NCBI GenBank assembly: GCA_964057225.1
Contig: OZ059894.1
Location: 13,082,001-13,146,000 of the forward strand
Source of the DNA: Auanema rhodensis
Lineage: Eukaryota; Animalia; Nematoda
Direction: 5' to 3'
DNA length: 64,000 nt
The notes beneath the pieces are model-generated. The model had not been told where the DNA came from. It ran no database searches and saw only the letters and a list, made by a program, of their open reading frames with translations. A program made the translations under genes and the position numbers. Below, piece by piece: positions 50,301 through 64,000 of the stretch (positions are counted from its first letter, which is position 1; every line of letters begins with the position of its first letter).

Positions 50301-53300
50301 TACTCAAGAAATAAAACATGAAAATTTTTTATAATTTTCCAATTCATTTTACTCTATTTTCTTCATTTAATCATGTTTCTTGGAACAATTTTAAATTTTT
50401 ACAATAATTTCGAAACAAATCATTCATTTAATAATGTTTTTAACAGTAAAGTAGATATAATTTTAATTATTTTGATACTCAAAAAATAAAACATGAAAAT
50501 ATTTTATAATTTTCCAATTCATTTTACTCTATTTTCTTCATTTAATCATGTTTCTTGGAACAATTTTAAATTTTTACAATAATTTCGAAACAAATCATCC
50601 AGTTAATAATGTTTTTAACAGTAAAGAAGTTATAATTTCAAATATTTTGATACTCAAAAAATAAAACATGAAAATATTTTATAATTTTCCAATTCATTTT
50701 ACTCTATTTTCTTCATTTAATCACGTATTTTGAAGCAATCTCAAATTTTTACAATAGTTTTGAAACAATTCATTCGTTCATTAAGATTTTAAACAGTGAA
50801 AAAAAAAAGTTTGAATATTTTGAAACTCAAGAAATAAAACATGAAAATATTTTATAATTTTCCAATTCATTTTACTCCATTTTCTTCATTTAATCACGTA
50901 TTTTGAAACAATCTCATATTTTTACAATAGTTTTGAAACAATTCATTCGTTCATTGAAATTTGAAACATTAAAAACGATCTTAATTTGAATTTTCTGATA
51001 CTAAAAAAATAAAACATGGAAATATTTCATAATTTTCCAATTCATTTTACTCCATTTTCTTCATTTAATCACGTATTTTGGAACAATCTCATATTTTTAC
51101 AATAGTTTTGAAACAATTCATTCGTTCTGTAAGATTTTAAACAGTGAAAAAAATAAGTTTAAATATTTTGATACTCAAGAAATAAAACATGAAAATATTT
51201 TATAATTTTCCAATTCATTTTACTCCATTTTCTTCATTTAATCACGTATTTTGAAACAATCTCAAATTTTTACAATAGTTTTGAAACAATTCATTCGTTC
51301 ATTAAGATTTTAAACAGTGAAAAAAAAAAGTTTGAATATTTTGATACTAAAAAAATAAAACATGAAAATTTTTTATAATTTTCCATTTCATTTTACTCCA
51401 TTTTCTTCATTTAATCACGTATTTTGAAACAATCTCAAATTTTTACAATAGTTTTGAAACAATTCATTCGTTCTGTAAGATTTTAAACAGTGAAAAAAAT
51501 AAGTTTAAATATTTTGATACTCAAGAAATAAAACATGAAAATATTTTAAAATTTTCCATTTCATTTTACTCTATTTTCTTCATTTAATCACGTATTTTGA
51601 AACAATCTCATATTTTTACAATAGTTTTGAAACAATTCATTCGTTCATTAAGATTTTAAACAGTGAAAAAAAAAGTTTGAATATTTTGATACTCAAGAAA
51701 TAAAACATGAAAATTTTTTATAATTTTCCAATTCATTTTACTCTATTTTCTTCATTTAATCATGTTTCTTGGAACAATTTTAAATTTTTACAATAATTTC
51801 GAAACAAATCATTCATTTAATAATGTTTTTAACAGTAAAGAAGATATAATTTTAAATATTTTGATACTCAAAAAATAAAACATGAAAATATTTTAAAATT
51901 TTCCAATTCATTTTACTCTATTTTCTTCATTTAATCATGTTTCTTGGAACAATTTTAAATTTTACAATAATTTCAAAACAAATCATCCAGTTAATAATGT
52001 TTTTAACAGTGAAGTAGATATAATTTTAATTATTTTGATACTCAAAAAATAAAACATGAAAATATTTTATAATTTTCCAATTCATTTTACTCTATTTTCT
52101 TCATTTAATCATGTTTCTTGGAACAATTTTAAATTTTTACAATAATTTCGAAACAAATCATCCAGTTAATAATGTTTTTAACAGTAAAGAAGTTATAATT
52201 TCAAATATTTTGATACTCAAAAAATAAAACATGAAAATATTTTATAATTTTCCAATTCATTTTACTCTATTTTCTTCATTTAATCACGTATTTTGAAACA
52301 ATCTCAAATTTTTACAATAGTTTTGAAACAATTCATTCGTTCATTAAGATTTTAAACAGTGAAAAAAAAAAGTTTGAATATTTTGAAACTCAAGAAATAA
52401 AACATGAAAATATTTTATAATTTTCCAATTCATTTTACTCCATTTTCTTCATTTAATCACGTATTTTGAAACAATCTCATATTTTTACAATAGTTTTGAA
52501 ACAATTCATTCGTTCTGTAAGATTTTAAACAGTGAAAAAAAAAAGTTTGAATATTTTGAAACTCAAGAAATAAAACATGAAAATATTTTATAATTTTCCA
52601 ATTCATTTTACTCCATTTTCTTCATTTAATCACGTATTTTGAAACAATCTCATATTTTTACAATAGTTTTGAAACAATTCATTCGTTCATTGAAATTTGA
52701 AACATTAAAAACGATCTTAATTTGAATTTTCTGATACTAAAAAAATAAAACATGGAAATATTTCATAATTTTCCAATTCATTTTACTCCATTTTCTTCAT
52801 TTAATCACGTATTTTGGAACAATCTCATATTTTTACAATAGTTTTGAAACAATTCATTCGTTCTGTAAGATTTTAAACAGTGAAAAAAATAAGTTTAAAT
52901 ATTTTGATACTCAAGAAATAAAACATGAAAATATTTTATAATTTTCCAATTCATTTTACTCCATTTTCTTCATTTAATCACGTATTTTGAAACAATCTCA
53001 AATTTTTACAATAGTTTTGAAACAATTCATTCGTTCATTAAGATTTTAAACAGTGAAAAAAAAAAGTTTGAATATTTTGATACTAAAAAAATAAAACATG
53101 AAAATTTTTTATAATTTTCCATTTCATTTTACTCCATTTTCTTCATTTAATCACGTATTTTGAAACAATCTCAAATTTTTACAATAGTTTTGAAACAATT
53201 CATTCGTTCTGTAAGATTTTAAACAGTGAAAAAAATAAGTTTAAATATTTTGATACTCAAGAAATAAAACATGAAAATATTTTAAAGTTTTCCATTTCAT

Positions 53301-56300
53301 TTTACTCTATTTTCTTCATTTAATCACGTATTTTGAAACAATCTCATATTTTTACAATAGTTTTGAAACAATTCATTCGTTCATTAAGATTTTAAACAGT
53401 GAAAAAAAAAGTTTGAATATTTTGATACTCAAGAAATAAAACATGAAAATTTTTTATAATTTTCCAATTCATTTTACTCTATTTTCTTCATTTAATCATG
53501 TTTCTTGGAACAATTTTAAATTTTTACAATAATTTCGAAACAAATCATTCATTTAATAATGTTTTTAACAGTAAAGAAGATATAATTTTAAATATTTTGA
53601 TACTCAAAAAATAAAACATGAAAATATTTTAAAATTTTCCAATTCATTTTACTCTATTTTCTTCATTTAATCATGTTTCTTGGAACAATTTTAAATTTTA
53701 CAATAATTTCAAAACAAATCATCCAGTTAATAATGTTTTTAACAGTGAAGTAGATATAATTTTAATTATTTTGATACTCAAAAAATAAAACATGAAAATA
53801 TTTTATAATTTTCCAATTCATTTTACTCTATTTTCTTCATTTAATCATGTTTCTTGGAACAATTTTAAATTTTTACAATAATTTCGAAACAAATCATCCA
53901 GTTAATAATGTTTTTAACAGTAAAGAAGTTATAATTTCAAATATTTTGATACTCAAAAAATAAAACATGAAAATATTTTATAATTTTCCAATTCATTTTA
54001 CTCTATTTTCTTCATTTAATCACGTATTTTGAAACAATCTCAAATTTTTACAATAGTTTTGAAACAATTCATTCGTTCATTAAGATTTTAAACAGTGAAA
54101 AAAAAAAGTTTGAATATTTTGAAACTCAAGAAATAAAACATGAAAATATTTTATAATTTTCCATTTCATTTTACTCCATTTTCTTCATTTAATCACGTAT
54201 TTTGAAACAATCTCAAATTTTTACAATAGTTTTGAAACAATTCATTCGTTCTGTAAGATTTTAAACAGTGAAAAAAATAAGTTTAAATATTTTGATACTC
54301 AAGAAATAAAACATGAAAATATTTTAAAATTTTCCATTTCATTTTACTCTATTTTCTTCATTTAATCACGTATTTTGAAACAATCTCATATTTTTACAAT
54401 AGTTTTGAAACAATTCATTCGTTCATTAAGATTTTAAACAGTGAAAAAAAAAGTTTGAATATTTTGATACTCAAGAAAGAAAACATGAAAATTTTTTATA
54501 ATTTTCCAATTCATTTTACTCTATTTTCTTCATTTAATCATGTTTCTTGGAACAATTTTAAATTTTTACAATAATTTCGAAACAAATCATTCATTTAATA
54601 ATGTTTTTAACAGTAAAGAAGATATAATTTTAAATATTTTGATACTCAAAAAATAAAACATGAAAATATTTTAAAATTTTCCAATTCATTTTACTCTATT
54701 TTCTTCATTTAATCATGTTTCTTGGAACAATTTTAAATTTTACAATAATTTCAAAACAAATCATCCAGTTAATAATGTTTTTAACAGTGAAGTAGATATA
54801 ATTTTAATTATTTTGATACTCAAAAAATAAAACATGAAAATATTTTATAATTTTCCAATTCATTTTACTCTATTTTCTTCATTTAATCATGTTTCTTGGA
54901 ACAATTTTAAATTTTTACAATAATTTCGAAACAAATCATCCAGTTAATAATGTTTTTAACAGTAAAGAAGTTATAATTTCAAATATTTTGATACTCAAAA
55001 AATAAAACATGAAAATATTTTATAATTTTCCAATTCATTTTACTCTATTTTCTTCATTTAATCACGTATTTTGAAACAATCTCAAATTTTTACAATAGTT
55101 TTGAAACAATTCATTCGTTCATTAAGATTTTAAACAGTGAAAAAAAAAAGTTTGAATATTTTGAAACTCAAGAAATAAAACATGAAAATATTTTATAATT
55201 TTCCAATTCATTTTACTCCATTTTCTTCATTTAATCACGTATTTTGAAACAATCTCATATTTTTACAATAGTTTTGAAACAATTCATTCGTTCTGTAAGA
55301 TTTTAAACAGTGAAAAAAAAAAGTTTGAATATTTTGAAACTCAAGAAATAAAACATGAAAATATTTTATAATTTTCCAATTCATTTTACTCCATTTTCTT
55401 CATTTAATCACGTATTTTGAAACAATCTCATATTTTTACAATAGTTTTGAAACAATTCATTCGTTCATTGAAATTTGAAACATTAAAAACGATCTTAATT
55501 TGAATTTTCTGATACTAAAAAAATAAAACATGGAAATATTTCATAATTTTCCAATTCATTTTACTCCATTTTCTTCATTTAATCACGTATTTTGGAACAA
55601 TCTCATATTTTTACAATAGTTTTGAAACAATTCATTCGTTCTGTAAGATTTTAAACAGTGAAAAAAATAAGTTTAAATATTTTGATACTCAAGAAATAAA
55701 ACATGAAAATATTTTATAATTTTCCAATTCATTTTACTCCATTTTCTTCATTTAATCACGTATTTTGAAACAATCTCAAATTTTTACAATAGTTTTGAAA
55801 CAATTCATTCGTTCATTAAGATTTTAAACAGTGAAAAAAAAAAGTTTGAATATTTTGATACTAAAAAAATAAAACATGAAAATTTTTTATAATTTTCCAT
55901 TTCATTTTACTCCATTTTCTTCATTTAATCACGTATTTTGAAACAATCTCAAATTTTTACAATAGTTTTGAAACAATTCATTCGTTCTGTAAGATTTTAA
56001 ACAGTGAAAAAAATAAGTTTAAATATTTTGATACTCAAGAAATAAAACATGAAAATATTTTAAAATTTTCCATTTCATTTTACTCTATTTTCTTCATTTT
56101 ATCACGTATTTTGAAACAATCTCATATTTTTACAATAGTTTTGAAACAATTCATTCGTTCATTAAGATTTTAAACAGTGAAAAAAAAAGTTTGAATATTT
56201 TGATACTCAAGAAATAAAACATGAAAATTTTTTATAATTTTCCAATTCATTTTACTCTATTTTCTTCATTTAATCATGTTTCTTGGAACAATTTTAAATT

Positions 56301-59300
56301 TTTACAATAATTTCGAAACAAATCATTCATTTAATAATGTTTTTAACAGTAAAGAAGATATAATTTTAAATATTTTGATACTCAAAAAATAAAACATGAA
56401 AATATTCTAAAATTTTCCAATTCATTTTACTCTATTTTCTTCATTTAATCATGTTTCTTGGAACAATTTTAAATTTTACAATAATTTCAAAACAAATCAT
56501 CCAGTTAATAATGTTTTTAACAGTGAAGTAGATATAATTTTAATTATTTTGATACTCAAAAAATAAAACATGAAAATATTTTATAATTTTCCAATTCATT
56601 TTACTCTATTTTCTTCATTTAATCATGTTTCTTGGAACAATTTTAAATTTTTACAATAATTTCGAAACAAATCATCCAGTTAATAATGTTTTTAACAGTA
56701 AAGAAGTTATAATTTCAAATATTTTGATACTCAAAAAATAAAACATGAAAATATTTTATAATTTTCCAATTCATTTTACTCTATTTTCTTCATTTAATCA
56801 CGTATTTTGAAACAATCTCAAATTTTTACAATAGTTTTGAAACAATTCATTCGTTCATTAAGATTTTAAACAGTGAAAAAAAAAAGTTTGAATATTTTGA
56901 AACTCAAGAAATAAAACATGAAAATATTTTATAATTTTCCAATTCATTTTACTCCATTTTCTTCATTTAATCACGTATTTTGAAACAATCTCATATTTTT
57001 ACAATAGTTTTGAAACAATTCATTCGTTCTGTAAGATTTTAAACAGTGAAAAAAAAAAGTTTGAATATTTTGAAACTCAAGAAATAAAACATGAAAATAT
57101 TTTATAATTTTCCAATTCATTTTACTCCATTTTCTTCATTTAATCACGTATTTTGAAACAATCTCATATTTTTACAATAGTTTTGAAACAATTCATTCGT
57201 TCATTGAGATTTGAAACATTAAAAACGATCTTAATTTGAATTTTCTGATACTAAAAAAATAAAACACGAAAATATTTTATAATTTTCCATTTCATTTTAC
57301 TCCATTTTCTTCATTTAATTATGTTTCTTGGAACAATTTTAAATTTTACAATAATTTCGAAATAAATAATCCAGTTAATAATGTTTTTAACAGTAAAGTA
57401 GATATAATTTTAATTTATTTGATACTCAAAAAATGAAACATGAAAATATTTTAAAATTTTCCATTTCATTTTACTCTATTTTCTTCATTTAATCACGTAT
57501 TTTGAAACAATCTCAAATTTTTACAATAGTTTTGAAACAATTCATTCGTTCATTAAGATTTTAAACAGTGAAAAAAAAAGTTTGAATATTTTGATACTCA
57601 AGAAATAAAACATGAAAATTTTTTATAATTTTCCAATTCATTTTACTCTATTTTCTTCATTTAATCATGTTTCTTGGAACAATTTTAAATTTTTACAATA
57701 ATTTCGAAACAAATCATTCATTTAATAATGTTTTTAACAGTAAAGAAGATATAATTTTAAATATTTTGATACTCAAAAAATAAAACATGAAAATATTTTA
57801 AAATTTTCCAATTCATTTTACTCTATTTTCTTCATTTAATCATGTTTCTTGGAACAATTTTAAATTTTACAATAATTTCAAAACAAATCATCCAGTTAAT
57901 AATGTTTTTAACAGTGAAGTAGATATAATTTTAATTATTTTGATACTCAAAAAATAAAACATGAAAATATTTTATAATTTTCCAATTCATTTTACTCTAT
58001 TTTCTTCATTTAATCACGTATTTTGAAACAATCTCATATTTTTACAATAGTTTTGAAACAATTCATTTGTTCATTGAGATTTGAAACATTAAAAACGATC
58101 TTAATTTGAATTTTCTGATACTAAAAAAATAAAACACGAAAATATTTTATAATTTTCCAATTCATTTTACTCCATTTTCTTCATTTAATCACGTATTTTG
58201 GAACAATCTCAAATTTTTACAATAGTTTTGAAACAATTCATTCGTTCATTAAGATTTTAAACAGTGAAAAAAAAAAGTTTGAATATTTTGAAACTCAAGA
58301 AATAAAACATGAAAATATTTTATAATTTTCCAATTCATTTTACTCCATTTTCTTCATTTAATCACGTATTTTGAAACAATCTCATATTTTTACAATAGTT
58401 TTGAAACAATTCATTCGTTCTGTAAGATTTTAAACAGTGAAAAAAATAAGTTTAAATATTTTGATACTCAAGAAATAAAACACGAAAATATTTTATAATT
58501 TTCCAATTCATTTTACTCCATTTTCTTCATTTAATCACGTATTTTGAAACAATCTCATATTTTTACAATAGTTTTGAAACAATTCATTCGTTCTGTAAGA
58601 TTTTAAACAGTGAAAAAAATAAGTTTAAATATTTTGATACTCAAGAAATAAAACACGAAAATATTTTATAATTTTCCAATTCATTTTACTCCATTTTCTT
58701 CATTTAATCACGTATTTTGAAACAATCTCAAATTTTTACAATAGTTTTGAAACAATTCATTCGTTCATTAAGATTTTAAACAGTGAAAAAAAAAAGTTTG
58801 AATATTTTGATACTAAAAAAATAAAAAATGAAAATATTTTAAAATTTTCCAATTCATTTTACTCTATTTTCTTCATTTAATCACGTATTTTGAAACAATC
58901 TCAAATTTTTACAATAGTTTTGAAACAATTCATTCGTTCATTGAGATTTTAAACAGTGAAAAAAAAAGTTTGAATATTTTGATACTCAAGAAATAAAACA
59001 TGAAAATTTTTTATAATTTTCCAATTCATTTTACTCTATTTTCTTCATTTAATCATGTTTCTTGGAACAATTTTAAATTTTTACAATAATTTCGAAACAA
59101 ATCATTCATTTAATAATGTTTTTAACAGTAAAGAAGATATAATTTTAAATATTTTGATACTCAAAAAATAAAACATGAAAATATTTTAAAATTTTCCAAT
59201 TCATTTTACTCTATTTTCTTCATTTAATCATGTTTCTTGGAATAATTTTAAATTTTACAATAATTTCAAAACAAATCATCCAGTTAATAATGTTTTTAAC

Positions 59301-62300
59301 AGTAAAGTAGATATAATTTTAATTATTTTGATACTCAAAAAATAAAACATGAAAATATTTTATAATTTTCCAATTCATTTTACTCTATTTTCTTCATTTA
59401 ATCATGTTTCTTGGAACAATTTTAAATTTTTACAATAATTTCGAAACAAATCATCCAGTTAATAATGTTTTTAACAGTAAAGAAGTTATAATTTTGAATA
59501 TTTTGATACTCAAGAAATAAAACATGAAAATATTTTATAATTTTCCAATTCATTTTACTCTATTTTCTTCATTTAATCACGTATTTTGAAACAATCTCAA
59601 ATTTTTACAATAGTTTTGAAACAATTCATTCGTTCATTAAGATTTTAAACAGTGAAAAAAAAAAGTTTGAATATTTTGAAACTCAAGAAATAAAACATGA
59701 AAATATTTTATAATTTTCCAATTCATTTTACTCCATTTTCTTCATTTAATCACGTATTTTGAAACAATCTCATATTTTTACAATAGTTTTGAAACAATTC
59801 ATTCGTTCATTGAGATTTGAAACATTAAAAACGATCTTAATTTGAATTTTCTGATACTAAAAAAATAAAACATGGAAATATTTTATAATTTTCCAATTCA
59901 TTTTACTCCATTTTCTTCATTTAATCACGTATTTTGAAACAATCTCAAATTTTTACAATAGTTTGGAAACAATTCATTCGTTCATTAAGATTTTAAACAA
60001 TGAAAAAAAAAATTTGAATATTTTGAAACTCAAGAAATAAAACATGAAAATATTTCATAATTTTCCAATTCATTTTACTCCATTTTCTTCATTTAATCAC
60101 GTATTTTGAAACAATCTCATATTTTTACAATAGTTTTGAAACAATTCATTCGTTCTGTAAGATTTTAAACAGTGAAAAAAATAAGTTTAAATATTTTGAT
60201 ACTCAAGAAATAAAACACGAAAATATTTTATAATTTTCCAATTCATTTTACTCCATTTTCTTCATTTAATCACGTATTTTGAAACAATCTCAAATTTTTA
60301 CAATAGTTTTGAAACAATTCATTCGTTCATTAAGATTTTAAACAGTGAAAAAAAAAAGTTTGAATATTTTGAAACTCAAGAAATAAAACATGAAAATATT
60401 TTATAATTTTCCAATTCATTTTACTCCATTTTCTTCATTTAATCACGTATTTTGAAACAATCTCATATTTTTACAATAGTTTTGAAACAATTCATTCGTT
60501 CATTGAGATTTGAAACATTAAAAACGATCTTAATTTGAATTTTCTGATACTAAAAAAATAAAACATGGAAATATTTTATAATTTTCCAATTCATTTTACT
60601 CCATTTTCTTCATTTAATCACGTATTTTGAAACAATCTCAAATTTTTACAATAGTTTGGAAACAATTCATTCGTTCATTAAGATTTTAAACAATGAAAAA
60701 AAAAAGTTTGAATATTTTGAAACTCAAGAAATAAAACATGAAAATATTTCATAATTTTCCAATTCATTTTACTCCATTTTCTTCATTTAATCACGTATTT
60801 TGAAACAATCTCATATTTTTACAATAGTTTTGAAACAATTCATTCGTTCTGTAAGATTTTAAACAGTGAAAAAAATAAGTTTAAATATTTTGATACTCAA
60901 GAAATAAAACACGAAAATATTTTATAATTTTCCAATTCATTTTACTCCATTTTCTTCATTTAATCACGTATTTTGAAACAATCTCAAATTTTTACAATAG
61001 TTTTGAAACAATTCATTCGTTCATTAAGATTTTAAACAGTGAAAAAAAAAGTTTGAATATTTTGATACTAAAAAAATAAAACATGAAAATATTTTAAAAT
61101 TTTCCAATTCATTTTACTCTATTTTCTTCATTTAATCACGTATTTTGAAACAATCTCAAATTTTTACAATAGTTTTGAAACAATTCATTCGTTCATTGAG
61201 ATTTTAAACAGTGAAAAAAAAAGTTTGAATATTTTGATACTCAAGAAATAAAACATGAAAATTTTTTATAATTTTCCAATTCATTTTACTCTATTTTCTT
61301 CATTTAATCATGTTTCTTGGAACAATTTTAAATTTTTACAATAATTTCGAAACAAATCATTCATTTAATAATGTTTTTAACAGTAAAAAAGATATAATTT
61401 TAAATATTTTGATACTCAAAAAATAAAACATGAAAATATTTTAAAATTTTCCAATTCATTTTACTCTATTTTCTTCATTTAATCATGTTTCTTGGAATAA
61501 TTTTAAATTTTACAATAATTTCAAAACAAATCATCCAGTTAATAATGTTTTTAACAGTAAAGTAGATATAATTTTAATTATTTTGATACTCAAAAAATAA
61601 AACATGAAAATATTTTATAATTTTCCAATTCATTTTACTCTATTTTCTTTATTTAATCATGTTTCTTGGAACAATTTTAAATTTTTACAATAATTTCGAA
61701 ACAAATCATCCAGTTAATAATGTTTTTAACAGTAAAGAAGTTATAATTTCAAATATTTTGATACTCAAAAAATAAAACATGAAAATATTTTATAATTTTC
61801 CAATTCATTTTACTCTATTTTCTTCATTTAATCACGTATTTTGAAACAATCTCAAATTTTTACAATAGTTTTGAAACAATTCATTCGTTCATTAAGATTT
61901 TAAACAGTGAAAAAAAAAAGTTTGAATATTTTGAAACTCAAGAAATAAAACATGAAAATATTTTATAATTTTCCAATTCATTTTACTCCATTTTCTTCAT
62001 TTAATCACGTATTTTGAAACAATCTCAAATTTTTACAATAGTTTTGAAACAATTCATTCGTTCATTAAGATTTTAAACAATGAAAAAAAAAAGTTTGAAT
62101 ATTTTGAAACTCAAGAAATAAAACATGAAAATATTTCATAATTTTCCAATTCATTTTACTCCATTTTCTTCATTTAATCACGTATTTTGAAACAATCTCA
62201 TATTTTTACAATAGTTTTGAAAAAATTCATTCGTTCTGTAAGATTTTAAACAGTGAAAAAAATAAGTTTAAATATTTTGATACTCAAGAAATAAAACACG

Positions 62301-64000
62301 AAAATATTTTATAATTTTCCAATTCATTTTACTCCATTTTCTTCATTTAATCACGTATTTTGAAACAATCTCAAATTTTTACAATAGTTTTGAAACAATT
62401 CATTCGTTCATTAAGATTTTAAACAGTGAAAAAAAAAGTTTGAATATTTTGATACTAAAAAAATAAAACATGAAAATATTTTAAAATTTTCCAATTCATT
62501 TTACTCTATTTTCTTCATTTAATCACGTATTTTGAAACAATCTCAAATTTTTACAATAGTTTTGAAACAATTCATTCGTTCATTGAGATTTTAAACAGTG
62601 AAAAAAAAAGTTTGAATATTTTGATACTCAAGAAATAAAACATGAAAATTTTTTATAATTTTTCAATTCATTTTACTCTATTTTCTTCATTTAATCATGT
62701 TTCTTGGAACAATTTTAAATTTTTACAATAATTTCGAAACAAATCATTCATTTAATAATGTTTTTAACAGTAAAAAAGATATAATTTTAAATATTTTGAT
62801 ACTCAAAAAATAAAACATGAAAATATTTTAAAATTTTCCAATTCATTTTACTCTATTTTCTTCATTTAATCATGTTTCTTGGAATAATTTTAAATTTTAC
62901 AATAATTTCAAAACAAATCATCCAGTTAATAATGTTTTTAACAGTAAAGTAGATATAATTTTAATTATTTTGATACTCAAAAAATAAAACATGAAAATAT
63001 TTTATAATTTTCCAATTCATTTTACTCTATTTTCTTCATTTAATCATGTTTCTTGGAACAATTTTAAATTTTTACAATAATTTCGAAACAAATCATCCAG
63101 TTAATAATGTTTTTAACAGTAAAGAAGTTATAATTTCAAATATTTTGATACTCAAAAAATAAAACATGAAAATATTTTATAATTTTCCAATTCATTTTAC
63201 TCTATTTTCTTCATTTAATCACGTATTTTGAAACAATCTCAAATTTTTACAATAGTTTTGAAACAATTCATTCGTTCATTAAGATTTTAAACAGTGAAAA
63301 AAAAAAGTTTGAATATTTTGAAACTCAAGAAATAAAACATGAAAATATTTTATAATTTTCCAATTCATTTTACTCCATTTTCTTCATTTAATCACGTATT
63401 TTGAAACAATCTCATATTTTTACAATAGTTTTGAAACAATTCATTCGTTCATTGAGATTTGAAACATTAAAAACGATCTTAATTTGAATTTTCTGATACT
63501 AAAAAAAGAAAACATGGAAATATTTTATAATTTTCCAATTCATTTTTTTCCATTTTCTTCATTTAATCACGTATTTTGAAACAATCTCAAATTTTTACAA
63601 TAGTTTGGAAACAATTCATTCGTTCATTAAGATTTTAAACAATGAAAAAAAAAAGTTTGAATATTTTGAAACTCAAGAAATAAAACATGAAAATATTTCA
63701 TAATTTTCCAATTCATTTTACTCCATTTTCTTCATTTAATCACGTATTTTGAAACAATCTCATATTTTTACAATAATTTTGAAACAATTCATTCGTTCTG
63801 TAAGATTTTAATTAGTGAAAAAAATAAGTTTAAATATTTTGATACTCAAGAAATAAAACACGAAAATATTTTATAATTTTCCAATTCATTTTACTCCATT
63901 TTCTTCATTTAATCACGTATTTTGAAACAATCTCAAATTTTTACAATAGTTTTGAAACAATTCATTCGTTCATTAAGATTTTAAACAGTGAAAAAAAAAA
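32357..64000 (+). repeat. AT-rich tandem satellite array, ~174-bp monomer (right arm; continues beyond window end)
   Basis: Same monomer family and orientation as the left arm. It resumes in register (TCATCCAGTTAATAATG) right after the element. Confidence 0.98.

Noticed and set aside
1-64000. CRISPR-like reading (constant part plus variable part)
   Set aside because: The variable halves are three recurring alleles rather than unique spacers, the unit is ~174 bp, there are no cas genes, and the context is eukaryotic.

Overview
Eukaryotic (non-bacterial) window. About 57 kb is one head-to-tail, very AT-rich satellite array with ~174-bp monomers (172-175 bp, three monomer classes, mosaic higher-order duplications). 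One intact, very young 6,598-bp Ty3/Gypsy LTR retrotransposon interrupts it (25759-32356, minus strand). The element has two apparently identical 408-bp TG...CA LTRs, a 4-bp TSD (TCAT), a tRNA-Pro-type PBS and a single 1865-aa Gag-PR-RT-RH-IN ORF. Three things stand out. (1) There is no polypurine tract next to the 3' LTR; instead the sense strand has C9-A, so both inner LTR borders read TGGGGG inward, which hints at non-canonical (possibly tRNA-primed) plus-strand synthesis. (2) The integrase C-terminus carries an AT-hook where chromoviruses carry a chromodomain, and the element sits in AT-rich satellite. (3) An extra C-terminal domain looks like a catalytically dead SGNH/GDSL-hydrolase fold. 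The satellite switches variant family at a rearranged junction (~24.6-25.0 kb) just left of the insertion. PBS sequence and overall architecture suggest a nematode (Cer-like) host, but that is inference.
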